Assembly: GCA_001916035.1 (NCBI GenBank)
Contig: MNRQ01000020.1
Span: 69,819 to 133,818 of the forward strand
Source: Clostridium sp. 27_14
GTDB taxonomy: Bacteria > Bacillota > Clostridia > TANB77 > CAG-508
Length of the DNA stretch: 64,000 nt
Direction of reading: 5' to 3'
The notes under the pieces were generated by a model. It was not told the DNA's origin, did no database searches, and saw only the letters and a list, made by a program, of their open reading frames with translations. The translations under genes and the position numbers were made by a program. Shown piece after piece: positions 1-11,113 of this stretch. Within the stretch, counting starts at the first letter, position 1. Each line of letters begins with the position of its first letter.

Positions 1-1233
1 CATGCAACAGTACCTTTAGTACCAGCCAAATCTCCACCAGCAAAAATCTCACTATCAGATGTATGATACTGTTCATCAACTAAAATATTTCCCCACTTAT
101 TCACTGTTAAGCCCAAAGTCAACATTTCATCTGACACAATACCACCAAGTGCCATAACTACATAATCTACATCAATAATATAATTGCTACCATCTATATT
201 CACAGGCACTTCTCTTGTTTCACCCTCTTTTTTTACTAAATCAGTTCTTATCAATTCTAATCCTTCAACTCTATCATTTCCTAAAATCTTCACAATATTG
301 TTTTGGAATAAAAAATTCACTCCTTCTTTTTTTGCATCTTGTATTTCCTTTTGTTCTGCAGGCATTTGAGCCTCTGCTCTTCTATAAATAACAAATACCT
401 CTTTTGCACCTTTACTTTGAATTGTCCTAGCACAATCCATAGCAACATTTCCGCCACCTATTACTGCAACTACCTTCCCTTGATACTCTGGATGTATATT
501 CTTTTCCAATAATTCATTTCCACCATATACACCTTTTAAATTTTCTCCTTCTACTCCCATTTTAGCAGATTTATTTGCTCCTGTTGCTAAAAATATTGCA
601 TCATAATCTTTTTTAAGTTCTTCCAGCTTAAAATCTTTTCCAAGTTCTTTATTATATTTTACATCAACACCAAGATCTAATATATTTTTTATACTCTCTT
701 CAACCACTTTTGTATTTAATCTAAATTCAGGAATTCCATGTACTAAAATTCCACCCAAAGAATTATACTTTTCAAAAATTGTAACTCCGTACACCATCTT
801 TTGCCAAAAAGGCTGCAGATGTCAATCCTGCTGGTCCTCCTCCTATTATAGCTACCTTCTTATCTTTTAATATTTCTCTTTTTTCATTATCTTGTTCACA
901 ATTTTTTTCATATATCTTTTTTAAACTTAATCCCTGTTCCATTGCTTTATCAAATATATAACTTTCTATTGTTCCAATATCTACTGAATCTCCCCTTATT
1001 CCTCTTACACAACTACCTTCACATTGTTTTTTATGTGGACACACTCTTCCACATATCCCTGGTAACACACTTGTTTTTGATATTGTTGTATATGCATCTT
1101 CTATTTTTCCTTCCTTTGCAAATTTTATAAAAGTTGGTATATCATTTCCCAACGGACATCCTTTATTAGAACATGGTTTTATTTTACAATTCAAACAATA
1201 ATTGATTTTTTCCTGTATAGCATTTTCATTCAT
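1..1233 (-). pseudogene. NADPH-dependent glutamate synthase small-subunit-like FAD/NAD(P) oxidoreductase with an N-terminal Fe-S Cys cluster. The 3' end lies outside the window and the frame is broken near 788-795.
   Basis: ORF 772-1233 carries CLNCKIKPC...CPLGNDIP...CGRVCP...CEGSC and the GGGPAGL dinucleotide fold, then stops after AKDGVRSYNF. The adjacent frame continues GVTIFEKYNSLGGILVHGIPEFRLNTKVVEE ... FAGGDLAGTKGTVA to position 1. Confidence 0.7.
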
Positions 1234-1483
1234 TTTTATAAAATTCCTTTCATATTTGTAAATTCATTACTTTATTTTATATTTTTTCTTTCACATAGTC
1301 AATATTTCCGACTATTAGTTCACTTTATTTTTATATATTTTTCATACCAATATTTTAATGCTATCTATTTTAAACCATTATGAAGAGACAATTTTATGCT
1401 AATTTATCAACATCAAATTTGACATTTTCAACGTTCTTGTATATTATTTTACATATAATAAAATATTTGAAAGGATATATATC

Positions 1484-2281
1484 ATGGAAAAAAAAGAAAA
1501 CATATTAGTCTTTGATTCTGGAATAGGTGGAGTTACCGTATTAAAAGAAATTATTAAAATATTACCAAACGAAAACTACATATATTATAGTGATTCCAAA
1601 AACAACCCTTATGGAGACAAAACAAATAAAGAAATCAATGAAATCTGCAATAAAATTGTCAATAAGTTTATTAATGAATGTAAAGCAATAGTAATTGCCT
1701 GTAACACAGCAAGTGCAAAAACTGCAAAAAATCTAAGAAAAAAATATAATCAAATACCCATCATAGCAATAGAACCCGCCTACAAAATGGTTCACGATTT
1801 TGCCTATGATGAAGTAACTCTTGTAATGGCTACAAAAGGAACCATAGAAAGCTCTAAATTTCATAAATTATACAATAAATATAATAACCATAAAACATAT
1901 TTACTACCATGCCCCGGTTTAGCCAATATAATTGAAGACGATAATAAAGAAAAAATCAAACTTTATCTAAAAGACAATTTGTCTAAATATACTAGAAAAG
2001 TCCATAACGTAGTTCTAGGTTGCACTCATTATCCACTAATAACAAACGAAATTAAAGAAATACTAGGAAATGTAAATTTTTTTAATGGTGCTGCAAGTCT
2101 AGCCAAACACTTAGAAAACGTTTTAAAAGAAAAAGATTTATTAAGCTCCTCTAACCATTTAGGAAGAATCAATTTTATAGATTCTAGTAATTCAGAATAT
2201 AAAAAAGAAAGATTTTTTAAAATCTTAAATTCTGAACAACTTGATTCTTCTAATTACAAAAACTCCTACATCCTAAATTAA
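1484..2281 (+). CDS. murI: glutamate racemase
   Basis: VFDSGIGGVTVL N-terminus plus the ACNTAS and GCTHYP catalytic-Cys motifs. A TTGACA-17-TATTAT promoter lies about 60 nt upstream. Confidence 0.9.
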   Translation: MEKKENILVFDSGIGGVTVLKEIIKILPNENYIYYSDSKNNPYGDKTNKEINEICNKIVNKFINECKAIVIACNTASAKTAKNLRKKYNQIPIIAIEPAYKMVHDFAYDEVTLVMATKGTIESSKFHKLYNKYNNHKTYLLPCPGLANIIEDDNKEKIKLYLKDNLSKYTRKVHNVVLGCTHYPLITNEIKEILGNVNFFNGAASLAKHLENVLKEKDLLSSSNHLGRINFIDSSNSEYKKERFFKILNSEQLDSSNYKNSYILN

Positions 2282-2310
2282 TAAATCAGCTTTATAAAAG
2301 CTGATTTATT
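2281..2310. terminator. bidirectional hairpin terminator between the convergent murI and UDG genes
   Basis: Perfect palindrome ataaatcagctttt / aaaagctgatttat flanked by A/T runs. Confidence 0.6.
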
Positions 2311-2341
2311 AATTAAAAAAATATTATATTATAAATACACT

Positions 2342-2887
2342 TTAAATTTTCTCCATAACCAACATTAAATCTTCTATAAAATCCACCTTCTTATTCTCAT
2401 CACGAAGTAAAGCTGCTGGATGCCAAGTTGGCATATATAAAATCCCTTTTTTTTCAATCCAATTTCCTCTTGAAGCTGTAATACCATATTCTTTGCCCAA
2501 TATATTTTTTAAAGCTACACTTCCTAATAGCACTATTATTTTAGGTTTTACTAATATTACTTGATTACGCAAATAATCTAAACAAGCAGAAACCTCATCA
2601 TCTTCTGGATTTCTATTTTGAGGAGGTCTACATTTTACTATATTTGCAATATACACATCTTCTCTATTTATTCCAACCATTTTAAAAGCCATATTCATTA
2701 ACTTTCCAGCTCTTCCAACAAACGGTTCACCTAGTCTATCTTCATCTGCTCCAGGACCTTCACCAATAAACATAACAGTTGCATTTTTATTTCCAACTCC
2801 AAATACAATATTTTGTCTAGCTCTACATAACTTACATTTTTGACAGTTTTTTATTGAATCTTCTAATTCTTCCCAAGTTTGATACAT
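2342..2887 (-). CDS. uracil-DNA glycosylase, family 4
   Basis: CQKCKLC Fe-S cysteines, GEGPGADED motif A and HPAALLR motif B. Confidence 0.85.
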   Translation of the reverse strand: MYQTWEELEDSIKNCQKCKLCRARQNIVFGVGNKNATVMFIGEGPGADEDRLGEPFVGRAGKLMNMAFKMVGINREDVYIANIVKCRPPQNRNPEDDEVSACLDYLRNQVILVKPKIIVLLGSVALKNILGKEYGITASRGNWIEKKGILYMPTWHPAALLRDENKKVDFIEDLMLVMEKI

Positions 2888-2899
2888 CTTATACTCCTT

Positions 2900-3760
2900 T
2901 TACTTTAAAGAAATTATTGCTGTTTCCAATCCAAAATTTTCTTTTTCTACTCTATAAGAATGTAATTTATCTGAATTACAAACAGTACAAATTTTACTAT
3001 CTACTATATTATCAGGTCTTAAACCTTCTTTTATTAGCATTATTCTATTTAACTCTATTGTATCTATATTCCATTTTTCCTCAGTACTACTATTAAATTC
3101 AGTTTTTTGTTTTTCTATTATTTTACTTAAATCTATACTTCTTTCAAATTTTTCTTCAAATAATTCCATTACATCTTCTCTTACTTCAAAATGACATTTT
3201 CTAATACTTGGACACATACAACAAATCAAATTTTCTGGTTTCACTCCTAGTTCTTTTTTCATTTTTTCTACAGTTTTTACTGCTATTTTTCTATATGTAC
3301 CTTTCCAGCCTGAATGAATATTAGCTATAGTTTTTGTTTCTGGATCAAAAAACATCATTAAAATACAATCTGCACTTGTTGTTGATAATACTATATTTTT
3401 CTTTTGTGTTATCAATCCATCTGTTTTCAAATATTTTTCCACATATATATCTGGTTCGTTTTTTAAAACTTTTCCTGTTACAATTTGAACTTTATCTAAA
3501 TGTGATTGCATTGGTTTTACTACATTACGCATTTGTAACCCTAAATTTTCACATAAATTTGTATAATCTTTCAACATTTTTTCTCGATTACATATTTCTT
3601 TTTCATCATTTTTTATAGTTCTTACACTTCTAAAATTCACATCTTTTCCTATAGAAAATGCGTGTGTAATAATATCACTATACTCTAATAATTTTCTAAA
3701 TTGTATGTACTCTACTTCATCATTTTTAGTATGTATTATATTTTCATTTGATAGTTTCAC
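2900..3760 (-). CDS. pgeF: YfiH/PgeF-type purine nucleoside phosphorylase / peptidoglycan editing factor (DUF152)
   Basis: HSGWKGT motif and C-terminal CTVC...HSYR. The GTG start lies 1 nt after the addB stop. Confidence 0.75.
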   Translation of the reverse strand: MKLSNENIIHTKNDEVEYIQFRKLLEYSDIITHAFSIGKDVNFRSVRTIKNDEKEICNREKMLKDYTNLCENLGLQMRNVVKPMQSHLDKVQIVTGKVLKNEPDIYVEKYLKTDGLITQKKNIVLSTTSADCILMMFFDPETKTIANIHSGWKGTYRKIAVKTVEKMKKELGVKPENLICCMCPSIRKCHFEVREDVMELFEEKFERSIDLSKIIEKQKTEFNSSTEEKWNIDTIELNRIMLIKEGLRPDNIVDSKICTVCNSDKLHSYRVEKENFGLETAIISLK

Positions 3761-3761
3761 T

Positions 3762-6700
3762 TTACACCTCTTTATTCATTTTTCTTATTATATCATCTTT
3801 ACTCAAATTTTCAATATAGTCATATTTATTCTTATTATTTCTTGCATCAAAACCACAAATTGCATGATATTCACAATATCTACATGGTGTTTTGCCCTTA
3901 TAATTTGTTGGACTTAATTCAATCTTCCCTTCTAATATTTCTTTCCCTATTTCCTTTATAATTTTTCCTATATATTTTTGCAAAACTTCAAATTCCTGTT
4001 CATCAACACCACTTGTGTCTCTTTTATTGATTCCTCCTTTTGCACTAATTCCTGCCGGAATCAATTTTGATGTACCCCCTTCTTTTAAATTATTATCTTG
4101 CATTTTCATTACTTCAATATCAGCTAATATCAATCCCTTCATCTTAAATTGCTTTCTAATTTCTTCCTCTATTGCCTCTTCTGTTTTTATCTTTGGATTC
4201 ACATTTTTCTCTATTAAATTAAAATACAAAATTCCAGCTGGCATCAAATCTTCCTCTTCACAAATTGCATCTAAATACGTTAATAATTGAATTGATACTC
4301 CTGCATATACTTCATTCAAATCTACATTTCTTGCAGAAGATTTATAATCTATTATTCTTAAATAATTACCATCTTCTGTTTTAGCAATATCTACTCTATC
4401 TATTTTTCCTGTTATTTCTATTCTTTTTCCATTTTCCAATGCTATTTCTATTGGTTTATACTCTTTCCCCTTTGAAAATTCCACTTCTGTCCCCTCTACA
4501 TTGAAATCACTATAAACCAAACTTTCTACAATATATTTTAATGCTTTTGTTACCATTTTTTCTAATCTTTGTATCAAAATTTTATATTTTACAGTCGCTG
4601 TAAATCTATATTTACCACAATCTAATTTTGTTTCTATTATTTGATTTACTATCTTTCTTATTTTTTCTTCTTCATCTAATAACTCTGTTAATTCTATATT
4701 TTCTTCTCTAACATAATTAAAAAATAAATCTATTACTTCATGCATAAATGACCCTGTATCAAAATTTTGAATTTTCAATTCTTCTTTTTGTTTTAAATTT
4801 AATCCATATTTTAAAAAATATGAAAAAGGACATTTCTTATATGTCTCTAATTTTGATACACTTGTTCTTAGCACATTCCCATACAATTTTTCTATTGTTG
4901 TCTTTTCTATATTTTGTGGTATATTTGTATAATTTAAGCCTTGCAAATCTTTTTCTAATTTAATCTTCCATTCTTCATTATTTCCAAAATATTTATATAT
5001 TTCTTTCCATTCTGGCTCTAATTCACTCTCTTCTATTTTTGCCAATTTTTCTATTAAAGCATCATACGTCGCCTTTTGATTTGTAATCTGATAATCTGAT
5101 ACAATTACATCACTTGTTTCTTTTAAATTTGGAAACATTTTCTTTATTTTAGTTATATAAATTGATGGTCTTAATGCTCCTCCTTCTGTATCTGCCGAAC
5201 TATATGATAAATGCAATTCTCTTTCAGCAGTTGTAAATGCCTTATATATATTAAAATTATCATCATATAAATTTTCCAAAGTTCCTTTTGCTAATTCTAT
5301 TCCTTGTTTTTTTAAATATTCTCTATCTTCATCTCCTAAAAAGCCTTCACTTTTATTTATACTTGGATATACACCATCATTTAATCCTATAATAAAAATT
5401 GTATCAACTTTATGACTCCTTGATCTGTCTACATCTCCCATTATTACCTGATCTTGTGTTCCTGGTATTTTTCCTAAACTACTAGCTTTTAAACCTTGTT
5501 TTAATATATTTGCATACTGATTTATTGTTATATTTTCATCCCTAAAAATTTTCACTATTTCATCTAATACATTTATTAGAATTTCATAGCTTTCTTTATA
5601 TTCTTGTACCAAATCTTCTCTATTTTTTTCCTTTAGTTCTTGCATTTTTAAAAATATTTTTTCTTCTATTTTCTGCTTTTCTAAAAAATCATATATTGCT
5701 ACCGTAATTCCTTTTGCTGTTTTTCCTTTTCTTATCTTTTGTTTTAAATTTTCTATAGGCTCTATTATTTTTTTTCTTAACTCATTGTAATATTCTATTT
5801 CTTGTTTATTTTTTTCCAATTCATAAACAAAATCTTTTTTAAATTTATTTTGTTTAATTCCCCATTTCGTACAATAATTTTCCAATTTAAAAATATCTGA
5901 TTGTTCAATTTCCAAAAATCCCATTTTAGCATATTGAAACACACTCTCTTTACTATAATTTTTTTGTAATATTTCAAATATTGATAACACATATTGTATT
6001 ATTATGTTCTGACTTAATTCTCTTTTTTCATCTATAAATATTGGTATATCATACTTTTCAAAAATTACTCTTGCTAAATTTGAATAACTTTGTATATTTT
6101 TTGTTATTATTGCTATATCATTATATCTTTTCTTTTTTTCCTTTACCAATTTAGTAATTTCTTTTGCTATATACTCTATTTCTGTATATTGATTTTTAGC
6201 CAAAAACATAGATAAGTTTTCCACTTTTTGTTCATATTTTGTAGATTGTGTTTTAAACAAGTTCCCTTCTATGTATTTTAATTCTGGAGTTTTAAATCTT
6301 TTTACTTCCAACATTTTTATAGGCTTTTCTAACTTTAATTCATTTTGACTTACTATGTCTTGCAATTTTTTTACTGTTATTTTATTAGCATAAAAAATAT
6401 CTGTATCTGGATTTAATGTTTGCTCCAAATTATCAACAGTTATTGTTATATTTACCTGTTTTGCATATTTTATTAACCCTTTTATAACCTGGTATTCTGA
6501 ATATGTAAAACCTGCAAATTCATCTATATATATGACACTATTTTTTAACCATTTTATATTTTCTATGTTTTCTGCAAGTATTGCCAATTCATCTGCTTCA
6601 TCTATATATGACTGCTTTATTTGCTCATCATATTGTTCATATATCACACTTATATCTTGTAATTTTGTTTTTAAGTAAATATTTTCTGTTTTATCAATTT

Positions 6701-7106
6701 GTTCCTTTAGCATTTCAACAGTTACACCATGTTTTTTTAATTCTGTAATACTTGATATTGCTAAATTAATATTTTCTTCTGATTTTGATAAATATTTTAA
6801 ATCTTTTTTTTGCATAGTCAATATATGACTAATAAGCATTGCTTTCCCACATTTTGACATTCTATCATCTTTAATTCCTATTTCTTTGATTACTCTTTTT
6901 GCTAATCTACTTAAATGTACTACTTCTGCCTGTAATACCGCTTCTGTCTTGACTGCTTCCATTAGTTTTTTTTCTGCTGTAAATGAAAATTGCTCTGGTG
7001 TTATTAAAAATATTTTTTCATTTTTTTCTATATCTTTAGCTATTTCTTTGTAACAATATTCACTTTTTCCACTACCAGCTCTTCCATATATTATTCGTAG
7101 TCCCAC
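3762..7106 (-). CDS. addB: helicase-exonuclease AddAB, subunit B
   Basis: 1114 aa with an N-terminal GRAGSGKS Walker A. The C-terminal nuclease domain has a CPFSYF...CRYCEYHAIC Fe-S cysteine staple. Confidence 0.9.
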   Translation of the reverse strand: MGLRIIYGRAGSGKSEYCYKEIAKDIEKNEKIFLITPEQFSFTAEKKLMEAVKTEAVLQAEVVHLSRLAKRVIKEIGIKDDRMSKCGKAMLISHILTMQKKDLKYLSKSEENINLAISSITELKKHGVTVEMLKEQIDKTENIYLKTKLQDISVIYEQYDEQIKQSYIDEADELAILAENIENIKWLKNSVIYIDEFAGFTYSEYQVIKGLIKYAKQVNITITVDNLEQTLNPDTDIFYANKITVKKLQDIVSQNELKLEKPIKMLEVKRFKTPELKYIEGNLFKTQSTKYEQKVENLSMFLAKNQYTEIEYIAKEITKLVKEKKKRYNDIAIITKNIQSYSNLARVIFEKYDIPIFIDEKRELSQNIIIQYVLSIFEILQKNYSKESVFQYAKMGFLEIEQSDIFKLENYCTKWGIKQNKFKKDFVYELEKNKQEIEYYNELRKKIIEPIENLKQKIRKGKTAKGITVAIYDFLEKQKIEEKIFLKMQELKEKNREDLVQEYKESYEILINVLDEIVKIFRDENITINQYANILKQGLKASSLGKIPGTQDQVIMGDVDRSRSHKVDTIFIIGLNDGVYPSINKSEGFLGDEDREYLKKQGIELAKGTLENLYDDNFNIYKAFTTAERELHLSYSSADTEGGALRPSIYITKIKKMFPNLKETSDVIVSDYQITNQKATYDALIEKLAKIEESELEPEWKEIYKYFGNNEEWKIKLEKDLQGLNYTNIPQNIEKTTIEKLYGNVLRTSVSKLETYKKCPFSYFLKYGLNLKQKEELKIQNFDTGSFMHEVIDLFFNYVREENIELTELLDEEEKIRKIVNQIIETKLDCGKYRFTATVKYKILIQRLEKMVTKALKYIVESLVYSDFNVEGTEVEFSKGKEYKPIEIALENGKRIEITGKIDRVDIAKTEDGNYLRIIDYKSSARNVDLNEVYAGVSIQLLTYLDAICEEEDLMPAGILYFNLIEKNVNPKIKTEEAIEEEIRKQFKMKGLILADIEVMKMQDNNLKEGGTSKLIPAGISAKGGINKRDTSGVDEQEFEVLQKYIGKIIKEIGKEILEGKIELSPTNYKGKTPCRYCEYHAICGFDARNNKNKYDYIENLSKDDIIRKMNKEV

Positions 7107-7132
7107 TTTCTTCTCCTTTTCATATTAACTTA

Positions 7133-7999
7133 TTATTGCAACTCTCTTCTCCAATAAAATAAATATTGCTGTGCCAACCCAGCCAAATCCCCAAATTTTT
7201 CATTAGCCACTCTTTCTATTTGTTTTTTATTAATTTTATTTTCATCACCATGTATATATAATTCATTCATTACTCTATTAACCCATACATCTATTGGAAA
7301 AGCTTCAAATCTTTTTAAAGTAGAAAATAATAAAACACAATCTGCAACCTTTGGCCCTACTCCAGACAAACTCAAAAGCTCTTCTCTCACTTCTTGTGTA
7401 TTTTTATTTTGATTCATTTTTTCCAAATCAACTTTTCCATCAAGTACTGCATGAGTTGTTTCATATAATCTAATATCTCTAAAACCTAAACCTAATTCTC
7501 TATATTTTTCTACACTCACATCTTTTAATTCTTCTGGTGTTGGAAATGTATAATACTTATTATTTTCAAACACTATCTCCTTTCCAAAATTTTCTGACAA
7601 TCTTTGAATTATCTTTTGAATTCTTGGTATATTGTTATTTGCTGATATTATAAATGATATTATTGTTTCCCATAAATCTTGATTCAAAATTCGTATTCCT
7701 TGACCATATTTTATGCTTTTTTCCATATTCTCATCTATTTTTGATAACGTATTTTGAATTTTTTTATAATCTCTTTCTAAATCAAAATAATTTATTGTTA
7801 ATTCTTTTAAATCTTCTTTACCTTTTGATTTTAAAACATAATCATTTCCATCCTTTTTTATCTTTATTACATTTTCACCCACTACACCTATATATTCATT
7901 TTCCTCATCACATTGCCATCTAAAACACTGACCGCAAGTAAATATATCTTTTAAACTAAAACATTCTGGATCCTTTAATACATATTCTTGTTCATTCAT
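7133..7999 (-). CDS. ogg: 8-oxoguanine DNA glycosylase / HhH-GPD N-glycosylase-lyase
   Basis: OGG-type N-terminus (CGQCFRW) and HhH-GPD region LSGVGPKVADCVLLF...PIDVWV. Confidence 0.75.
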   Translation of the reverse strand: MNEQEYVLKDPECFSLKDIFTCGQCFRWQCDEENEYIGVVGENVIKIKKDGNDYVLKSKGKEDLKELTINYFDLERDYKKIQNTLSKIDENMEKSIKYGQGIRILNQDLWETIISFIISANNNIPRIQKIIQRLSENFGKEIVFENNKYYTFPTPEELKDVSVEKYRELGLGFRDIRLYETTHAVLDGKVDLEKMNQNKNTQEVREELLSLSGVGPKVADCVLLFSTLKRFEAFPIDVWVNRVMNELYIHGDENKINKKQIERVANEKFGDLAGLAQQYLFYWRRELQ

Positions 8000-8096
8000 T
8001 TTTGCCTACATTCCTCTCTATTAATTATATTCTTCCTCTAAATTATACTATAGATATATCAAAACTTCAATCTATAATTTTTCAAAATCACATATC

Positions 8097-8945
8097 TCAT
8101 TTAAAACCTTTTCCCAAAACTTCTCTTGCATTTGTAATAATAATAAAACTTTTATTATCAATACTCACAGCAATATCTTTAACTTTAGCAACATCTCCTC
8201 TGGACGCTGCACATATTAAAATAAGCTTATTTTCACCAGTATACATACCTTTTCCAAAAAGTCCTGTAGTTCCTCTTTTTATCTTATTTCCAATCTCCTC
8301 TGCTATCTGTTCGTTTTTTCCAGAAACTATAATCAATAATTTCGTAAAATAAATTCCCTCAAACACTATATCTATAATTTTTCCCATCAAATATATACTT
8401 ATAGCAGAATATAATCCTATCTCAACTTCTTTAAAAAAAATAACATTTAATGCTACTATAACTGTATCAATAATAATTATTATATTACTCATTCTCAAAT
8501 TTGGTCTATAACTTCTTGCTATAAAACTTATTAAATCTGAACCTCCTGTTGAACTATTACTTTTTAGTATCACCGCTGTTCCTAAGCCTATTATTATTCC
8601 ACCATATATACAAGCTAAAAATCTATCTGTAGTTAAAGGAGTCAATTTATCAAACAAATCTATAAAAATTGAAAAACTTATTGTTCCTAATAATGATTTC
8701 ACAAAAAAACTTTTTCCAAGTCTATGTCCTGCTAATAAAAATATTGGTATATTACATGCAAATATTGTAGTTCCCATTGGTATTTTTAATAGATAATACA
8801 ATATCGTTGCTACTCCAGCAAATCCTCCTGATGACAATTGATTTGGTAATAAAAACAGAGAAGTCCCTATTGCCATTATTATTGCCCCTAATAATGTTCC
8901 AAACCCCTCTTTAATTAGTTCTTTAATTTTTTCTTCTTTTTTCAT
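8097..8945 (-). CDS. YitT family membrane protein (DUF2179 C-terminal domain)
   Basis: Multi-TM N-terminal part with a soluble C-terminal domain typical of YitT. The ATG at 8945 is preferred over the TTG at 8990. Confidence 0.7.
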   Translation of the reverse strand: MKKEEKIKELIKEGFGTLLGAIIMAIGTSLFLLPNQLSSGGFAGVATILYYLLKIPMGTTIFACNIPIFLLAGHRLGKSFFVKSLLGTISFSIFIDLFDKLTPLTTDRFLACIYGGIIIGLGTAVILKSNSSTGGSDLISFIARSYRPNLRMSNIIIIIDTVIVALNVIFFKEVEIGLYSAISIYLMGKIIDIVFEGIYFTKLLIIVSGKNEQIAEEIGNKIKRGTTGLFGKGMYTGENKLILICAASRGDVAKVKDIAVSIDNKSFIIITNAREVLGKGFK

Positions 8946-8993
8946 AAAATCACCATTTTTATTATTTCCTCTCTTGGTAAATTTATGCAAAAT

Positions 8994-9055
8994 GTTTTCA
9001 AGGGACGGGCAAAAAACACTTTTACAAAGGTATTTTTTGCCCGTCCCTTGAAAAC
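8994..9055. terminator. long hairpin terminator
   Basis: 22-nt arms gttttcaagggacgggcaaaaaa / ttttttgcccgtcccttgaaaac. Confidence 0.6.
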
Positions 9056-9056
9056 A

Positions 9057-10115
9057 TCACTGTTCTTCTAAAAAGTCTTTATATAATTTTATAATTTCAA
9101 CTTTAGATTTTCCTTGTTTTATTTTTTTATCTTGTTTAACAACTAAATCCACATCATAAGTATCTTTTAATTTTTTCACATTTTCTTTTTTATGCCCAAT
9201 TACACTATTTACATCAATTGGATTTACTGTAATTTCTACTTCCTTTACTTTTGTATTTAATTTCTTTATTTTACTAACAATTGCATCATACCACATTGCA
9301 GTTTCTACTAATTGCCTAAATGCTGGATGATACGGACCTGCTACTACTTGACTTTCTTTACTTTTTGGATCTGTTATTTCATCTGTATTTTGTAACCCTA
9401 CTCTTATAATATCAATATCTTTATCATCAAACATCCTTACTAACTCTTTAGAAATTTCCACAGCTTGTACAACTGTTAATGCCTTATACTTTTCATCTTG
9501 ATAATCTTTTTCCAGTTTTGTTCCTTTTAAAACTAATACCGGATAAATCCTTACCATTTTTGGTTTTAATTTTATCAAATCTTTTGCTGTTTTTATCTCA
9601 TCTTGTCTAGTACTTTCTGGCAATCCTATCATCATTTGATGTCCTAATACAAATCCTTTTCTTCTTATTAATTTTGATGCTTTTTTTACATCTTCAAATG
9701 TATGTCCTCTACCTGCTTTTTGTAAAATATAATTATTTGATGATTGTACACCTAACTCTATAGTTTTTACATTATATTTTTTTAATCTCTTTAAAATCTC
9801 TTTATTAATATAATCTGGTCTTGTCGAAATTCTTATACTTCCTACTTTTCCCTCTTTCACATACTCATAAGCAAGTTTTAATAATTCTTCTTGCTTACTT
9901 TCTTCTATTGCTGTAAAACTTCCTCCAAAAAATGCTATTTCTTTTTCTCCTTCTCGGTCTTTTATTTCCTCTAAAAATTCATCAATAATCTTTTTGGCAT
10001 CTTCTTTTGTTATATTCTTTTTTTGACCACTTATTGATTTCTGATTACAAAATACGCAATCATTTGGACATCCTAAATGTGGCACAAATACTGGAATAAC
10101 GTATTTCTTTTTCAT
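9057..10115 (-). CDS. radical SAM protein (ELP3/MiaB/NifB-like)
   Basis: CPNDCVFC CxxxCxxC motif near the N-terminus. A GAGGAGG RBS precedes the ATG at 10115. It lies upstream of rnc, as in many clostridia. Confidence 0.75.
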   Translation of the reverse strand: MKKKYVIPVFVPHLGCPNDCVFCNQKSISGQKKNITKEDAKKIIDEFLEEIKDREGEKEIAFFGGSFTAIEESKQEELLKLAYEYVKEGKVGSIRISTRPDYINKEILKRLKKYNVKTIELGVQSSNNYILQKAGRGHTFEDVKKASKLIRRKGFVLGHQMMIGLPESTRQDEIKTAKDLIKLKPKMVRIYPVLVLKGTKLEKDYQDEKYKALTVVQAVEISKELVRMFDDKDIDIIRVGLQNTDEITDPKSKESQVVAGPYHPAFRQLVETAMWYDAIVSKIKKLNTKVKEVEITVNPIDVNSVIGHKKENVKKLKDTYDVDLVVKQDKKIKQGKSKVEIIKLYKDFLEEQ

Positions 10116-10206
10116 AGACACCTCCTCGAATTTTTATCTAATAATTATTAATTTAACAACTCATCATTTGCTAAAAAATCTTAAACCTTTTTCTTTACCA
10201 TTTAAT

Positions 10207-10887
10207 TCACAAATTTTCTAATGCTTTTTTGGCCGCTTCCATTTCCGCTAACTTTTTACTTTTTCCTTTTCCTCTTGCAAGTTCTTCTCCGTTTAACTCT
10301 ACCTCTGCTTCAAAATTTTTATTATGATCTGGTCCAGTTTCTTTTACTATTTTATAAGTTATTTTTACTTTTCCATGTACTTGTAATTTTTCCTGTAACA
10401 TTGTCTTATAATCTTTTTCACCTACATGTTGTGTCGCTACTGCAATTTCACCTTTCAAGTTTTCTATAATAAATTTTGATACTGGCTCTAAACCTCCATC
10501 TAAGTACATTGCAGCAATCACTGCTTCCACACTATCTGCCAATATAGCCGGTTTTTGATTTCCTTTTGATTGTTGTTCTGATTTTCCTATATATAAGAAA
10601 TCACTAAAATCATGTAGTTTTGCTACTTTATATAAACTTGATTCACACACAACTGTTGCTCTGACTTTAGTCATTTCTCCTTCTTTCAACTTAGGATAAT
10701 TCTTATAAATATACTCACTTGATACAAACTCTAAAATACTATCACCTAAAAACTCTAATTTTTCATTACTTTGTATATCATGATCATACGCATAAGATGT
10801 ATGTGTTAATGCTGTTTTTAGTAATTCTATATTTTTAAATTTGTATTGTATATTTTCCTGTAAAGCATCTAATTTATTAATTTTCAA
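10207..10887 (-). CDS. rnc: ribonuclease III
   Basis: ALTHTSY and EKLEFLGDSIL signature plus a C-terminal dsRBD. Confidence 0.9.
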   Translation of the reverse strand: MKINKLDALQENIQYKFKNIELLKTALTHTSYAYDHDIQSNEKLEFLGDSILEFVSSEYIYKNYPKLKEGEMTKVRATVVCESSLYKVAKLHDFSDFLYIGKSEQQSKGNQKPAILADSVEAVIAAMYLDGGLEPVSKFIIENLKGEIAVATQHVGEKDYKTMLQEKLQVHGKVKITYKIVKETGPDHNKNFEAEVELNGEELARGKGKSKKLAEMEAAKKALENL

Positions 10888-11113
10888 TATTTCACCCTCT
10901 TTCTTATATTTTCCCTTATATTATATACTATTTTACAAAATTTGCAAGCGATTTTTTCCAAAAATATATAGACAAGTTTTTATTAATATTATATAATATG
11001 TATTGTAGAATTATGAGGATTTTTGAAAATTTTTATCATTTATTATTTTAACAATGTTTATTAATTTATCAACAAATCCTATTTAATAATAATTGAAGGG
11101 AATGAAATAAATT

